DNA of 56,726 nucleotides, the filler included, from Bipalium vagum (Eukaryota): the NCBI GenBank assembly GCA_037834085.1. It is 3 parts of 3 records of this genome, joined end to end, with 100 filler letters (N's around TTAATTAATTAA, not from the genome) between each part and the next. Parts side by side here need not be neighbours in the genome. Positions count along the whole stretch, not along the records: positions 32,948 to 56,726 come from JBBMKC010206598.1; 2 more parts are not named here. One strand, written 5' to 3'. The notes below the pieces were generated by a model, which saw only the letters and a program-made list of their open reading frames with translations, did not search any database and was not told the origin of the DNA. Below are positions 38,373-51,880 of this stretch, piece by piece. Every line of letters begins with the position of its first letter. Positions within the stretch are counted from its first letter, which is position 1. A program made the translations under genes and the position numbers.

Positions 38373-38904
38373 TTGTTCATTGAATCCATATGCCCTCATG
38401 GTTATATAATAATTTGCTAAGAAATCAGGTAATTCTGCAGGGTTTCTATTATAAGCGTCAATTTTAGTGTACTCGGTATACGTATTTCCATCATTTTCTT
38501 CCCCTTTATTATTATTCATATTATTATTAATATTTGGATTATTATTAATATTATTAGGCTGAGCCATGATTCTTTCTACAGCCTCTTGAGTTCTAGTTGC
38601 AGTTAATTGTCTTTTCAAATTTAATTCTTCAGTTACTTTTTCTCTTATTTTTTCTAAACTATCGTCACTCAATATATCAGTATCAGAATTATATTCTTCC
38701 TCGTGCTCAATTTTGAAAATTTTTATTTATTTAAGAACTCCGAACGTTTGATCACGTCGGGTTGCTCACCAAATGTTAAGTTTTAGACCTAAAAAGATAA
38801 TTTAATATGAAAATGATTATTAATCGGGTTAAGAAGATCGATAGTCGACTTTTTATGTTTATTGGGTTAAGAATATCGATAGTGGTCTTTTTAGAAACTT
38901 AACA
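38373..38904 (-). mobile_element. Gypsy-like LTR retrotransposon 5' end: LTR end, tRNA-Trp PBS, gag start
   Basis: Minus strand ...TAACA TT TGGTGAGCAACCCGACGTGAT (PBS 38751-38771), then gag-like KIDAYNRNPAELPDFLANY. The LTR may extend to ~39850. Confidence 0.7.
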
Positions 38905-40055
38905 TAAAATATATGCAATTTCAGAAGGATTTAGTTACGGTCAAAGTTAAAGTTTGAGTGACAATAAAAATGTTGATTACAAACTTGAAACTTTTTAAAT
39001 TTTAAACAAATATCGACTGTAAAACCTTTTAACTTTTAAAACGATAAACGATAAACGATAAACTTTTGATCGATCAACTGAAGCTAACAAGTTGTTTTAT
39101 AAAATATATTTGTATATGTATATATGTATAAATCTAAAAACTTTATTTTTGAATACAATTTTACTTTTAAGTTAAAACCCGAGATAAAGAGTCAATAGAA
39201 AAGTCAGATCACCCTTCGGTATCTTACTCTCAAGGGCCCTCAGATAAAAATTCGGTTCTCCGTCCTATTTGACTTGAAGAACACAAAAAAAGAAAATACT
39301 GGGAAAAAAGAAAACAATTATTTGATCCTGAGGTATTGGAGTAGCTGTCCAATCCTTAGTATTTATTTAATTTAATTAATAACTTATAATTCGTAATCGA
39401 ATTATAGTTTTTTAATTTTTATTACTATGTTTTATTTGAGTATCGGTTCACCTGTGAACAGTGTGAAACCAGGAATTTAATTTGTTTTTATTTAATTTAA
39501 TAAAAAACCTATTTTTGATTTGTAGTCAAATCTAATAGATTTATAGTAATAAAATAATTTACGAAATGATATTGAAGCTGAATCCTGAGGCTAATGATCC
39601 GTTATTCGTTCTCGATCTGATTCTTTCTTCTGGCTATTTGTATCTGAAACTTCCTTCGGGATTATTCGTAGGCGTCTGTTACGTCCAAATTCTGATTTTT
39701 AGCTTGGGTCCTCTTTACTCTTTTGTAATTCGTCGGATTCAGTATTTATATTATTTTATCTTTCTACATTTTTAATTATAGTAACTTTATGTTACTATTT
39801 TTAGATTTCATGTTAAATTTACACAAATTATATATTGTTTTCTTGTACATCAAATGAATTACTAAGTGATCACTAAAAATGTAATAATGTTATTGTTTCG
39901 ATGGTTTTGATTGCTTCGGTTGGATTGACGTTTTTGAAGGGTTTGGTTGAATTGGTTGGTCAGAAGGTGGGAGTCTCCACAAATATATTAAGTGATAAAA
40001 CATCTAATATATTGTGTTAGCCAAGGACACATCCCTGTAAACCCTTGTAAAAGCA

Positions 40056-40866
40056 TGTTAGAGACCACAATAGGGTTTAGATTAGTTATCATTATTACAA
40101 ATTAATTATGAAGAGCGCAAAAGAGTCAGAAATAAATAATAATAATAATTAGTTAATTGATTAAAAAGTACATTCAAACAAAAATGGGAAATTAATTATT
40201 ATTTTTAAGGGATCTAATCTTTACAATGACAAACCTAAATTGCCCAGATTAGATCAGGGTCCGCAAGGAGGGACCGATGTAGAATTATCGATATAAAAAG
40301 GGAATCGACATTCCCCATTAATTAAGCTGATCTACGACTGATTAGTCATCTGATCAGAATGGTATATAAGCAGAAGAAATGCGCAGTGGATTGCCAGAAA
40401 ATATTTGAGAGAAATCTGAGGCAATTCGCGTCAGAAGTCACGAGTTTTCCATGCAGTTGGTAATCATTCTTCATGCACTCTCTGCGACAGGAGCTGACGA
40501 TGAGTTCTGTGCTATTATGGGGTTTCTGAGTGAACCGGATTGGGCTCAGCAAATTACCCTTTGGACCTGTCTTCGTCACAACTCGTGAGATTATCTTCAC
40601 TTTGTTTTCTTTTTATTAATTAATGTTTAATTTTGACATTTAATTATTTGATTGTTATTATTTAATTGATTATTACCGTTTGATTTTTAGTGTGAAAACA
40701 TTTGATTGCAGACATTTTAGTGATTATTTGAGACATTTTTTGATTGTTTGTTATTGTTATTTCAGCAATAAAGTGTTGTTCGTAGTTATCTTGATTCATT
40801 CATTTGCGTACACGTATTGATAAAAGTGAAGGAGTCAATAAACTTTGCGAGTTAAGTGTTACGACA
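40056..40866 (+). mobile_element. Solo-LTR-like segment
   Basis: TG...CA ends, TATATAA at ~40363 followed by a GC-richer block and AATAAA sites. No TSD found. Confidence 0.35.
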
Positions 40867-41043
40867 GTGATTATAGTGAAATAATAAATAAAAATAAAAA
40901 ACAAATATTTGATAAAATTTCTAAGACCTTGAAATTTTTATTTAATTTTAAAAATAAGTTAACTTATAAAATCTTATACAAGTAAACTTCCGTACAAAGC
41001 ACATTATTTTTAACTAAAAAATACAATAAAAACAATAATTTAC

Positions 41044-42112
41044 CTGGTTAGATATGGTAACTGCTCTTGAAATACAATGTCCAGGAAATATAATATCACA
41101 GATGAGTTAAATATACTACATAGTTTTAAGTAATTCATTAATTTTCAAAATAATATAAATCTTGCACATGTTAAAATCATGATATTATTTAAATCTGTAA
41201 TAAAGTATATTTATTTTTGTTTTTTCGTTGACTGTTGTTTGTATTATTTAAAAATCTACCACTAAAAACTAAGAAATATTTTTCTATAGGTAAAAAAATA
41301 TAGCACTAAGTAATATAATAATTAAGTCTTTTTAAAATTGGTATACATTCAAATTTTTACAGGAAACTATGACTAAACTTCATCTGGGTAATGAGAAAAG
41401 GGCTATAATCAATCCATATAGGTCTGACGGATTTTCTAGTGTATATACTTTTAAATATTAATTAATACTTATACTTAATATTTAGCATAATTAATTTCTT
41501 AATTTATTTTTTTAAATAATTAAAAATTCCGCAAGTCTGATTAACCTTCTAATACTTGTGATTTTCCTTCTATTCAAATATTGCATGGATGTGACAATAA
41601 AAACTGAAGATTTAGACTGAAGCATACATTATATTTGTAATTTTACATTAAGGTTATTAAGGCTGCGTATGGTTGATATAGAGACCAGGCTTTTCGTTCA
41701 CCTTCACTTAGAAATTTATCACGACTCGCATTTACACATATATATATTTTAATTATTCAACAATTTCTTCCATCTACCATCACACATCTAAAACACTTAA
41801 CAGTATGTTTTTATCGAATTCAATGAAATGCATTATTGATCCGTATTTAGTACACTCAAAACTCATTAGTTATTAAACTTAGGGGCTTTGTGTTATACAT
41901 TGAAAATTGTATTTAAAATGATATTAAAATGTTAAAAATTAAACTACTTTTTCTAGACCGTTCTGTTAACGAAACTTAGTCAATAAGCCAATAGATTTAA
42001 TTATATAATTTTTTGTATAATAATATATTTTACTCAAATATTTTAATTTTATTTTAAATATTTTCACCAACCTGATACTGTACCATAATAAAAACAAAAG
42101 CAGTCCCAACAT
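41044..42112 (-). CDS. Candidate 5' exons of the NDNF-like gene (42112-42072, 41724-41647, 41435-41361, 41115-41044)
   Basis: Signal-peptide exon MLGLLLFLLWYSI. All donors are phase 2, matching the phase-2 acceptor at 30714. The last block ends QEQLPYLTR|GTAAAT. Confidence 0.45.
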
Positions 42113-42458
42113 TTAAGAGAAATATATTTAAGTCCGGTTTTTATTGAATTGAAACATTTTCTTAATGAAAAATATTTGAGAAAGGGAAGTTATTAAGATT
42201 AAAATCATGTGAATAATTGGCCATTGAGTGACGGATTTTAGATTCATTTCCATCAGGTAACGATCTATGAATTCCAAAGACCTTTTTCTGTGACACGAAT
42301 CCCTTATAAACCGAACTGCCTGATAAATCTTATATAACTTGTACTAAAATATAAAACATAAATCAAATCAGGGTACGTGGTATGGATAAAAATCCTTGGA
42401 ATCTAATAAAAATAAAATTAAGAAATTCACAACATTTTTAACAAAAATTTAATATATA

Positions 42459-43680
42459 CACGGTCACCAAAAAGTAACTAGAGTTTTAAATAGGCTACTA
42501 TTTTTAGTAACTTTGGAAATTACAAATGTTTCCTATATTAATTAATTCATTATTCTATCGGATTTCATTGATTCCTATTTTTAGAACAAAATCTTCAAGA
42601 TTGGAAATGACGGATCGATTATTGTTGGTGCAGTTATACTATCAAAGCAATCGCAGCCCTTCTGTTACAATACGAAAGTTTTCAACAATGAGAAAAATCA
42701 AATCCAAAAGGGAGGCAGCTTTGCAAAATTTGATCGCTAAGTTCGAATCAACTTATTCACTTTTTGATTCTCCACGATCAGGAAGACCGTCAATATCCGG
42801 TGAATACTTCGACGAAGTCGCCGGTTTATTGGAACAGGCTCATGGTCAAATTAGCACAACTCAAATCAGTCGCCAGCTTAATATTCTTCAATCTACTGTC
42901 CACAAAATTGTCGCCCAGCACTTGCAGATGTATCCCTACAAATTTCATATAGTCCACCAGCTCAGCGAAAAAGATAAGGTGAAAAGAATCAAATTTTGTC
43001 AAAATTGTCTCAATCAAAGCGACGCTGATAATAGCTGGATTTCAAAAATTCTGTTCACAGATGAAGCACATTTCCACCTCAATGTGCTGTGAATACCCAC
43101 AACATGAGGATATGGGAAACTGCTAATCCCAACGAAGTGATTGAACAACCATTGCATTCACCAAAAGTAAGTCTTGTAGATTTTGTTCGAAGTTCATTAC
43201 TCCTCCTTATTTCTTTGAGGATGACGATGAACAGACTGTTACAGACAGATACTGCAGAATGCTACAGACTTTTCTCTTTCCCTACCTAATAAGTAAGCGA
43301 AAGATGTCTTCAATAATTTTTCAACAAGATGAGGCTGCATCACACACGGCCAACTACATCAAGCAAATCCTTTCACAGAACTTTGGAGAGCGAGTTATAA
43401 GCAAATGATTTCCATTCGAAAGGCCTCCTCGCATTCCAGATTTAAACGGTTGTGATTATTGGTTGTGAGGTTATCTCAAAGCAAATGCTTATACTCCTCC
43501 ATCAGCCAACCTTGGTCAGTTAAAGGAGAAAATTTTGTCATTGATTAGTAAGATCAATCAAGACATGCTAAAGGCGGTAATTGATTCTTTGGTGGCTAGG
43601 GCTCAACTTTTTATTGAAAATATTTTCGAATCTGTTTTAAATAATAAATGGCGCTCTTTATAAATATGTGTCAACAAGTT
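42459..43680 (+). mobile_element. DD41D (rosa-like) transposon with near-complete disrupted transposase
   Basis: LVQLYY HTH, ILFTDEAHFHLN, LHSPKV, FQQD-(41 aa)-D in PDLNGCDYWL. TA-CACGGTCACC left end. Confidence 0.9.
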
Positions 43681-45167
43681 GAATTTCGTAGCGTTATTCT
43701 TTTTTTGCCTCTGATGAAGACTAAAAAGAAAGACGTCCTTCAGATCAATGAAATATGTGAAAATAAAGCTCTATGCAAGGCTCATATTTATAATTGGATC
43801 TGACAGTTTTCTTCGGAGAGAAATTATGTGTTTGGTGAAAAAAAAACTGTCAAAGCAGAATTCGAAGAATTTAAAGATTATTGTGAATGAAGAGAGGAAT
43901 GTTTAGGACAGAAAAGAGGCCACAGGAAGGATGTCATAATATTAGTACAAGATCTTTCAATGGGCAGGATGCAGTTTTTCTCTTAAATAGAGAAAAATGA
44001 TTCTTTGTTCACTTTTGGTTGTAAATAAAAAGTTTCATCTTGGTATCACTCATATTTCTGTACGAGCCTTAGACTATATCCGCACAACCTATGTTAACAT
44101 ACCTTTAAAGTAAAAATTGATAAACATCAGATATTGGTAAAGCATAACAGTTACGTTTAACAGGTTCAGATCATTCGTTTCTTTTCGGTAGAGAAAATTC
44201 TAAATATTTTGAGGAATATCAAGTTTGAAAATTCTTGAAAAAAGTGCAAACATGAGATTTTTACACTACCAAGTAGGTAAATGATAAAAATATATATTAT
44301 TATAGTATTATAGTATTATAGAAAAGTGTAATATGTTTGGAAATGTGAGAATAACAAAAAATCCGACTAACCTCGTTTAATTTTAGCAGAGGAAAATATT
44401 TAAAAACATCAAGAAATGATTCAGGAATCAAGCAACTTGTCAATTTCACAAGGTGCTCTTAAAGTAAGAATAAAGTACTACAATGCCATCAGAGAGATTT
44501 GTGAAAAAATGTATGTTAAATTAAACCCTTTACTTACATCCATTTTATCAATAGTTCGAAGCTTATCGTCACTGTAGATAAACTCTCCATCTATTTTGAA
44601 AAATATTTTCTTCATACCTTTTGAGGCTTCCTGATTATCAAAGCAGATCCGATAATATTTTCCAAAAAACTCTTCCAAAATATGTACCCTAAGCAAATAA
44701 TGATCGTTATGGTATTCCAATTTATTGAATNNNNNNNNNNNNNNNNNNNNNNNNNNNNNNNNNNNNNNNNNNNNNNNNNNNNNNNNNNNNNNNNNNNNNN
44801 NNNNNNNNNNNNNNNNNNNNNNNNNNNNNNNNNNNNNNNNNNNNNNNNNNNNNNNNNNNNNNNNNNNNNNNNNNNNNNNNNNNGGTCTTAATAATTAATT
44901 GATCATTAACATTTTGAAACCTATTGTGGTTTTTACCCTCTACTTTACAAGGGTTGGCAAGGATGTGTCCTCGGCTAACCCAACAATTTTGAAACATTTT
45001 TGCCACAAATTTTACAATACCATTTTTCCACTATCTTTTTTAGTAAATATTTTAGTGATTTTATGGAACAGTACAATTTAAAAATTATTTTTTACTTTTT
45101 ATGATGGTCAAAAATATATGTTTGTCCCCAGTACAATTATTTTTTGATTATTTGTTTTCTATTTATA

Positions 45168-45395
45168 TGACACAAAGTGTACCCTGTTTATCAACTTTTT
45201 TTTTCATGAACAAAAACAAACTCTGAATTTTTAAAATATATATTTTATGCATTTTTATATTTTTCTATTTTTTATATTTTTAGTAATTTTGTATAATTAT
45301 TTTTTTGTTGCCAGGCGGATATTTTTAAACTTATTTTTAGGACTGTTTTTGTTCATGAAAAAAATGGGAGGATAAACAGGGTACACTTTGTGTCA
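45168..45395. mobile_element. MITE with 25-bp perfect inverted repeats
   Basis: TGACACAAAGTGTACCCTGTTTATC / GATAAACAGGGTACACTTTGTGTCA, plus an inner IR TTTTCATGAACAAAAAC. Confidence 0.8.
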
Positions 45396-45883
45396 CAATC
45401 CCTAATATACTGATCACCACGATAAGTTTCTAATAAGTCCAATAACTGAAAAATGTCACACAAAAACAAATAATGATAAAAATAAACACTACTGCTATAG
45501 TAAAAGAGATGAAAGAAATGATCACAAAATAGAGTTTTCAGAAAATAACACAAAAAATAAATAAAACGATCTCGTTTAGGAGTTCCCAAACTCACTGGGT
45601 CCTCTTGTAAAATCTGTTTGCATAATCGTAGCATAGAGATAAAATTACTGTAAACTGAATTCGTCTTCAGCAAAAATTATATTCTTGAATGTCTTTCTGG
45701 ACATAGTTTCTGTTCAATTTCTGAGAATAGTCTTCTCTTTATATAGTCGTAAACATAGAGTCAGATCAATGGTAATGGAAAGTCCACCCGAAAACGACTG
45801 TCAGAGAATCCATTAGCCTAATATTTCAAAATCCCCACGGTGAGATTTTGACATAAGGCTGTTAAAAAATATTTTAAAAAATT

Positions 45884-46035
45884 CCTCTAACAAAAAAATT
45901 TTATTATTACTTTTAATTAATAATTCTTACTATTATTATTATTATTATTCATTCTAAAACCTCTAACAAAAAAATTTTATTATTACTTTTAATTAATAAT
46001 TCTTACTATTATTATTACTATTATTCATTCTAAAA
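45884..46035. repeat. 76-bp tandem duplication
   Basis: Two near-identical copies starting CCTCTAACAAAAAAATTTT. Confidence 0.9.
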
Positions 46036-46054
46036 CCCAACAATATCGATGATA

Positions 46055-46330
46055 GGAAATATTTATTTTTAGATGAAACAGGAGTGAACTTATATCACAC
46101 TAGAAATTATGGATATTCTCCGAAGAATTCAAAGGCATAAAATTTGGTAAAAAGAAGTTAGCACAACCTATGTCAAATGCCAACAGTAATGAGTTAAAAG
46201 AACGAATCAATAATATTTAAGCAATGGAGACGCTGATTTTGTTGGTTGGTGCAGGAATATGAGAAGAAAATATTGATATGGATTAATCTAGGCAAGAAAT
46301 TATTTAAAACATTCTATTTCATGTTGTTAA
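46055..46330 (+). mobile_element. IS630/Tc1-like transposase relic
   Basis: YLFLDETGVNLYHTRNYGYSPKN. Confidence 0.6.
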
Positions 46331-47659
46331 ATACATAAAAATAGTCTTCTGCATACATCTGCATAAAGCTGTAAAGGTTGACATGAAAATGTCAACTTTA
46401 AACTTAAAGCAATGTCAATCATAAAGATTATCCCAATAATTTTGGACTAACAAATTAGAATTGATATTAAAAGAAAATTCATAAACAACGACAATATAAT
46501 TGTTATAATCATTAATTAGAAATTCTGATCATTAAATATAAACCACGAAATCAAGTAATTATGTCAAAATTAAATCCTCCCTTCGTTCTAAATATTAAAA
46601 CAAAGTTTAAAATATTAATATTTTTAGTTTTAATTATTTATGATTTTAATCGAAATTTTAGTACTGAAAATTTTAATGAAAAAGTGTAAATAATTTTAAA
46701 TATTTTCCAAAGTACTTTAAAAATTTAGTACACTTAATAAAATATTTTTTTAATATGGTAATAAAATTAAATAAACATTTCTATTACATGTAACAAACAG
46801 CAAAATTATCGATCAAATACAATGATAAAAGAAAATGATTTTTCATTTATATTTTTTGAAACCGAAAAAAGGCTTTGAAATAATGTAAAATGAAGTTAAG
46901 ATCAAAAGTGAAATGAAATACTTCTGAAGGATCCTCAAGGAATTAAAGTTTTGATCTTTAATTAATAAAAACAATTTTTATCAAAGGGAAAGCTTTGGTT
47001 CTTTTATCTGAGAAATTAATATATTGGATCGAGATTTAATTGATTATTGTTCATTTTAGATGAACTGTACTCTGACCAATATGGATTATAATTTTTCTTA
47101 CCAGAGATGTACATGGTTTGAATATATTGATCTCGAACTACGTTTCACTGGAACAGGGTTGAAACCGAAGCGGATTTTCTAAACGAAAATTTTTCCTCTA
47201 GAGTATTTTCATATCTATACTAACATCGGTCACTTAATCGGATTTAAACTTTATTTGAACTGTTTAAGTGAATTAATTAGAAAAATAATAAAAAATGATT
47301 TGATGATACAGAAAATATCAAGTTAAGTGAACTTTGATTATAGAATAAATGGAAGACATTCTATTAGAGTATTCTTCTGAAAAATACTTATGATTACAGA
47401 GCTTATCGATTTTAGTGAAATATTTTAGGTTCAATTTTTGCTTAATTAACACCAAAATATTCGTGATTGAACTGAAACCACGTGACTGTCGAGATCAACT
47501 TGATTAGACGATCGTTAACGACTTTAACTGCATTCCTTATACAGAAATTAATTCCCTTCTCCATATAAGTACTCTCTGTAAAATACGTGGATTACATTTA
47601 AAACCACGTTTATTATTATTATCTAAGCGTTACTATTTCATCCTAAATGATTTATATTA

Positions 47660-48110
47660 AAGTACCATAGTAGTCAAAAAATTAATGTTTTGGTGGGTCT
47701 TTCGATGTTCCGTGCTTATGTTCACTTTTCTTTAAGGAGAATGTGAATGGATGAAGCTACTTAGATATGATTAAGTCTGTCTTCATGCCGCAACTTTGTT
47801 GCAGATTTTAATCAAAAATAGTTTATCAATAAGACGACTCGTCTGCTCATTATTCACGTCCTGTAGGAAATTTTGTGAGTATAAGTTTTCTTGGTAGATA
47901 GATTGCCAGGGCTGTCAGATCACAGGACATGGCACCACTTGATTTTCTCACTTGGGACCATCTGAAGGCACTGGTAAATAGCAGAAAATCATTAGATATC
48001 GAAGACCTGAAAGAGATTATTCAAATGGAAATGTGATGAATGACTTTTATAATGGCTCACTTAGCTGAATCAAAGTTAATGGTCATTCTGTAGAAAAATG
48101 TGAATAGTTT
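47660..48110 (+). mobile_element. DD41D-like transposase 3' relic
   Basis: ENVNG*SYLDM, SAHYSRPV, RSQDMAPLDFLTWDHLKALV. Confidence 0.7.
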
Positions 48111-48510
48111 ATGAATAAATATGATACGGTACAAAAATTACTTTATAGATTTTTCTTACAAAAATGCCTTATATAAAACGATAAATATCTGAACGACCTA
48201 ATGTGAATGATTTTAAAGGTAAATTTTAATAATATTATTATTCTTATTATTCTCATTATATTTTATTATTATAGTTTANNNNNNNNNNNNNNNNNNNNNN
48301 NNNNNNNNNNNNNNNNNNNNNNNNNNNNNNNNNNNNNNNNNNNNNNNNNNNNNNNNNNNNNNNNNNNNNNNNNNNNNNNNNNNNNNNNNNNNNNNNNNNN
48401 NNNNNNNNNNNNNNNNNNNNNNATATATTTAATTTAATCTAGATCAATTTTCATCTATAAAAAATAAAATAAACAAAAATCTCATTTTATTTTTTAAAAT
48501 TATTTATGAA

Positions 48511-48559
<49 letters not shown>

Positions 48560-49916
48560 TTTCTTATTTTACAATTAATTATATAATAGTTTTCTTCTTA
48601 ATTATTAACAAAAAACTTAAAGTTCAACAATCTCGTAATGATTTTGTTGCGAAGGCTTAGGAATACAAAAAAAAGAAAAGATTAAAATTTTTAAAATAAA
48701 AATTATTTACTAATCCTACGTAAATATTTAAACAAATTAAAATTAAATAATTCTCAATTGAAAATAAAATGAAATAAATACAGAAAATATTATGGAGAAA
48801 AATGAAATTAAATCAAAAATTATTATTCATCAAAATTATTATTAATTATTTTAAGATAAATCACATTCGTCGATTTTTTACTACATTTCTGACATTAATT
48901 ATTTAATAATTATTTAAAATTGAGATTTTATAATTTGTGAGTATTAATTATTTCATTATATCATCCCCCTTTTTTCACTGAAAACATTTCTTACACAAGA
49001 CTTGACGATTTCACTTAGAGAATATTCTCTTTTTTTCAGTCTCATTTCATTTTTTGTTTATTGTGAAAATTAAAAACAATGAAAAAAGACGAGGAAAATG
49101 GAAATCAAAAAATTCGAAATATTAATGCATTAAAATAATTTTAAAAATATTATTTATTAAGTGAAAATTATAATAATATACGGAAAATAATTTTTATTAA
49201 TTAAAAATTCATTGGAAACGGAAGTCAACATGGAATTAATTAATTAAATATTTCAAAAATTAATTCATTTATAAGTTTAAATTAATTTCATGTCCCGAGA
49301 ACCAGAAAAAAATTTATTCAGAAAAATAAATAATAATACAATTTTTCATAAAATAAATTAAACCACTTCTCACATATTGTACTATTGTAATATTTGCACA
49401 TATAAAATATAAAATATATTTATCAAATATAAAAATTATATAATTATAAAATATATTTAAAAATAATATAAAACATAATATTATAAAATATAAATTAATA
49501 TAAAACATATAATTTATAAAACTAATTATAATAAAATAAGGTCATTTTTCAGTAAGTAAATTCAAAGAATGAAAAGTTAATGAACGTTAAGAGACAGAAA
49601 TTTAACATTGAAATCATTTTTATTGATTTCATGCATTAATTCAGCATATATGTTAACTTTTTTAAAATTTTGCATTTTTTGATTGGGACATGCTGCAATA
49701 TATTAAATATATTATTAAAATAAAAAGTTTAAAATATTTTAATACCTATAAAAATAAAATAAAGTAATTTATATATTTAACGGTATCAGTATAATTTGTT
49801 TTTAAATTTTTAATGTCGCTTGTTTAAATAATATTAAAATTTTTTAATATTTTGTGGTTTTCTGCATTACGAAATCGTAATGTTACATGAAATAGCCAGG
49901 AAGATATTTTACTATA

Positions 49917-50300
49917 CAGTGGACTTCAGTTAATACGATGTTTTCTGGACTTCCAACAATCATCGTTATAATCGATATATCTTATTAACAGAAGTATAGT
50001 TATTTCATTGACATAACATGTAGAATAGAAGTAAATGATACAATCGATTTCCAAACAATTATTAATTAAAAGTCCGCAATATCTAGTTTGATTTGAAAAA
50101 GTCCGTTATTGGTAGTTGTTTAGTATATCGATCCATGTTCAATTATATAAGTTAGTTCCATTTCTATACTTAAATTATTTTGTTGAAGATATTGGTGAAC
50201 ACACTTGACAGAGGCTAATGCGTCTTTGGTACTTATATGTTCTTCAACATTGCAAGATAAATTTTCATCTTCAATGGAATCATCTTCCTCTCGTCTTTCT
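49917..50300 (-). mobile_element. Tigger/pogo-like element end
   Basis: TA-CAGTGGACTTCAGTTAATACG terminus and an acidic C-terminal relic EEHISTKDALASVKCVHQYL. Confidence 0.55.
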
Positions 50301-51389
50301 TTTAAGTAATTAAATTAACAAGTAAATATTTAACTTTTTCGACCGGAAGTTTAAACCTGATGACGATAATCAGGAAATACTGGACGACATATGTGATTAA
50401 CATTAAAATCTATTAATTAAAATCGATCTATTGGAAATACATCTGTTAAGTTTCTCAAGGAGTACAGCAAATCATTAAGAATCATTATCATTCACACAAA
50501 AAATTATTATTATTCAGGAGGATAAGATGATCTATGATATTGTTAAAGAAAATAAAGTATAATTATGAAATTTCCTTGGGGATATTGGTTGGGTTCCACA
50601 TCAGAGAGAAACCGCAAAGACTTGTCTCATAGTTTAGGAATCTCAATATGAGTTATCTCGTAAGGTATTTTTCTTTTATTATCTGCTTTTTATTTTAGTT
50701 ATTAATTTAATATTTAATTATTGATAAATTGATTTTTGATTATTATCATTGAATTATTACATTGATCGTTGTTTTTTGTTAATATTTGATTATTTCACGG
50801 ATTGTATGAATGTTTGATTGATTATTAGTGCCAATTTATTCTCGTACCTATTTAAGCAATTTGGTGGTTGTAATATTTCGACTCTTTCTAACGATTTGAT
50901 ATAGTGTTATCCTTGTTATCCTACGGTTATTATTTCTACATTGTAATATAAATACACGTTATTGCTTTATTTATTTTTGTAAATTGCACCGCCTAAAAGA
51001 ATCGGAGTCAGTTTAAATTCGAGATATTGGATATTGGAACTTTTTTTTTAAAAAATAATAATTTCAATACTACATTATAAAATTATAACTTTAATGTGTT
51101 GTAAAATATTTTCATTATATTAAAACAAAAATCTTTCTAAAAGTAAATAAATTTTTAGAGTTAAATAAAGTACAAAAATCAAAATTTAAAAATTTAACGA
51201 AAGAGAAATTACAATCCATGTCATAAAGAAAAAACACAAAATTAAACCACTTTTTAATTAAATTTTTCTTTGTACAATTTAAATTTAATTTTTCTATAAA
51301 ATATTACGGGAATTTTTAAAAATTATTTCAATTAAATAATTTCATTAACAAATCAAATGGAATACGAAACAAGTCTTCAGAAATTTTAA

Positions 51390-51880
51390 ATATATTGCTG
51401 GAGAAGATTTTTACACAGCTCTAACCCACCAAGATGCTCCTGATGGTTGCAAATTCAAATATAAAAGCAAATTTCTTCAAAAGTTTTTTTGTTTGGAAGG
51501 CGATATGTTCATGTGGCCTAAAACTAGTCCTCATGTCACTTCTGGTACAATGAATTCACAAATGTAGTAGAAAGAATGTCGCCAGAAATGTTTACTACCA
51601 TTTCTAAAGAGGCATGAAACCAATCCATTGGTCTGGCCAGATTTAGAAAGCATCCATTACTCAAAAAACATTATGTCCATTATCTACTCAAAGATTGAAA
51701 TTCAGAACTTCGAGCTATTGAACAATATTGGTAAATTTAATGACTCTTAATAAAACTCTCGAAACAGTTCAGCAAGTTTGGAAGGAATGGTCGATTAGAA
51801 AGTCGATCAATACGTTGTGAAAAAATTTGATGGGAAATAATCGCAGGAAGGTTGGCCAAGTTGCACATAACATGTCATGA
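51390..51880 (+). mobile_element. ITmD37E (DD37E) transposase relic
   Basis: WKAICSCGLK, KEC..KCLLPFL..H, VWPDLESIHYSK, ELRAIE. Confidence 0.8.

Noticed and set aside
41546-41616. Extra NDNF-like 5' exon
   Set aside because: Neither acceptor keeps the frame after the phase-2 donor at 41647.
44380-45010. hAT-like transposase (CWVSRGHIL)
   Set aside because: Single weak motif interrupted by an N-gap.
50340-51030. Second solo-LTR-like block
   Set aside because: Composition is suggestive but no TG...CA ends or TSD could be defined.
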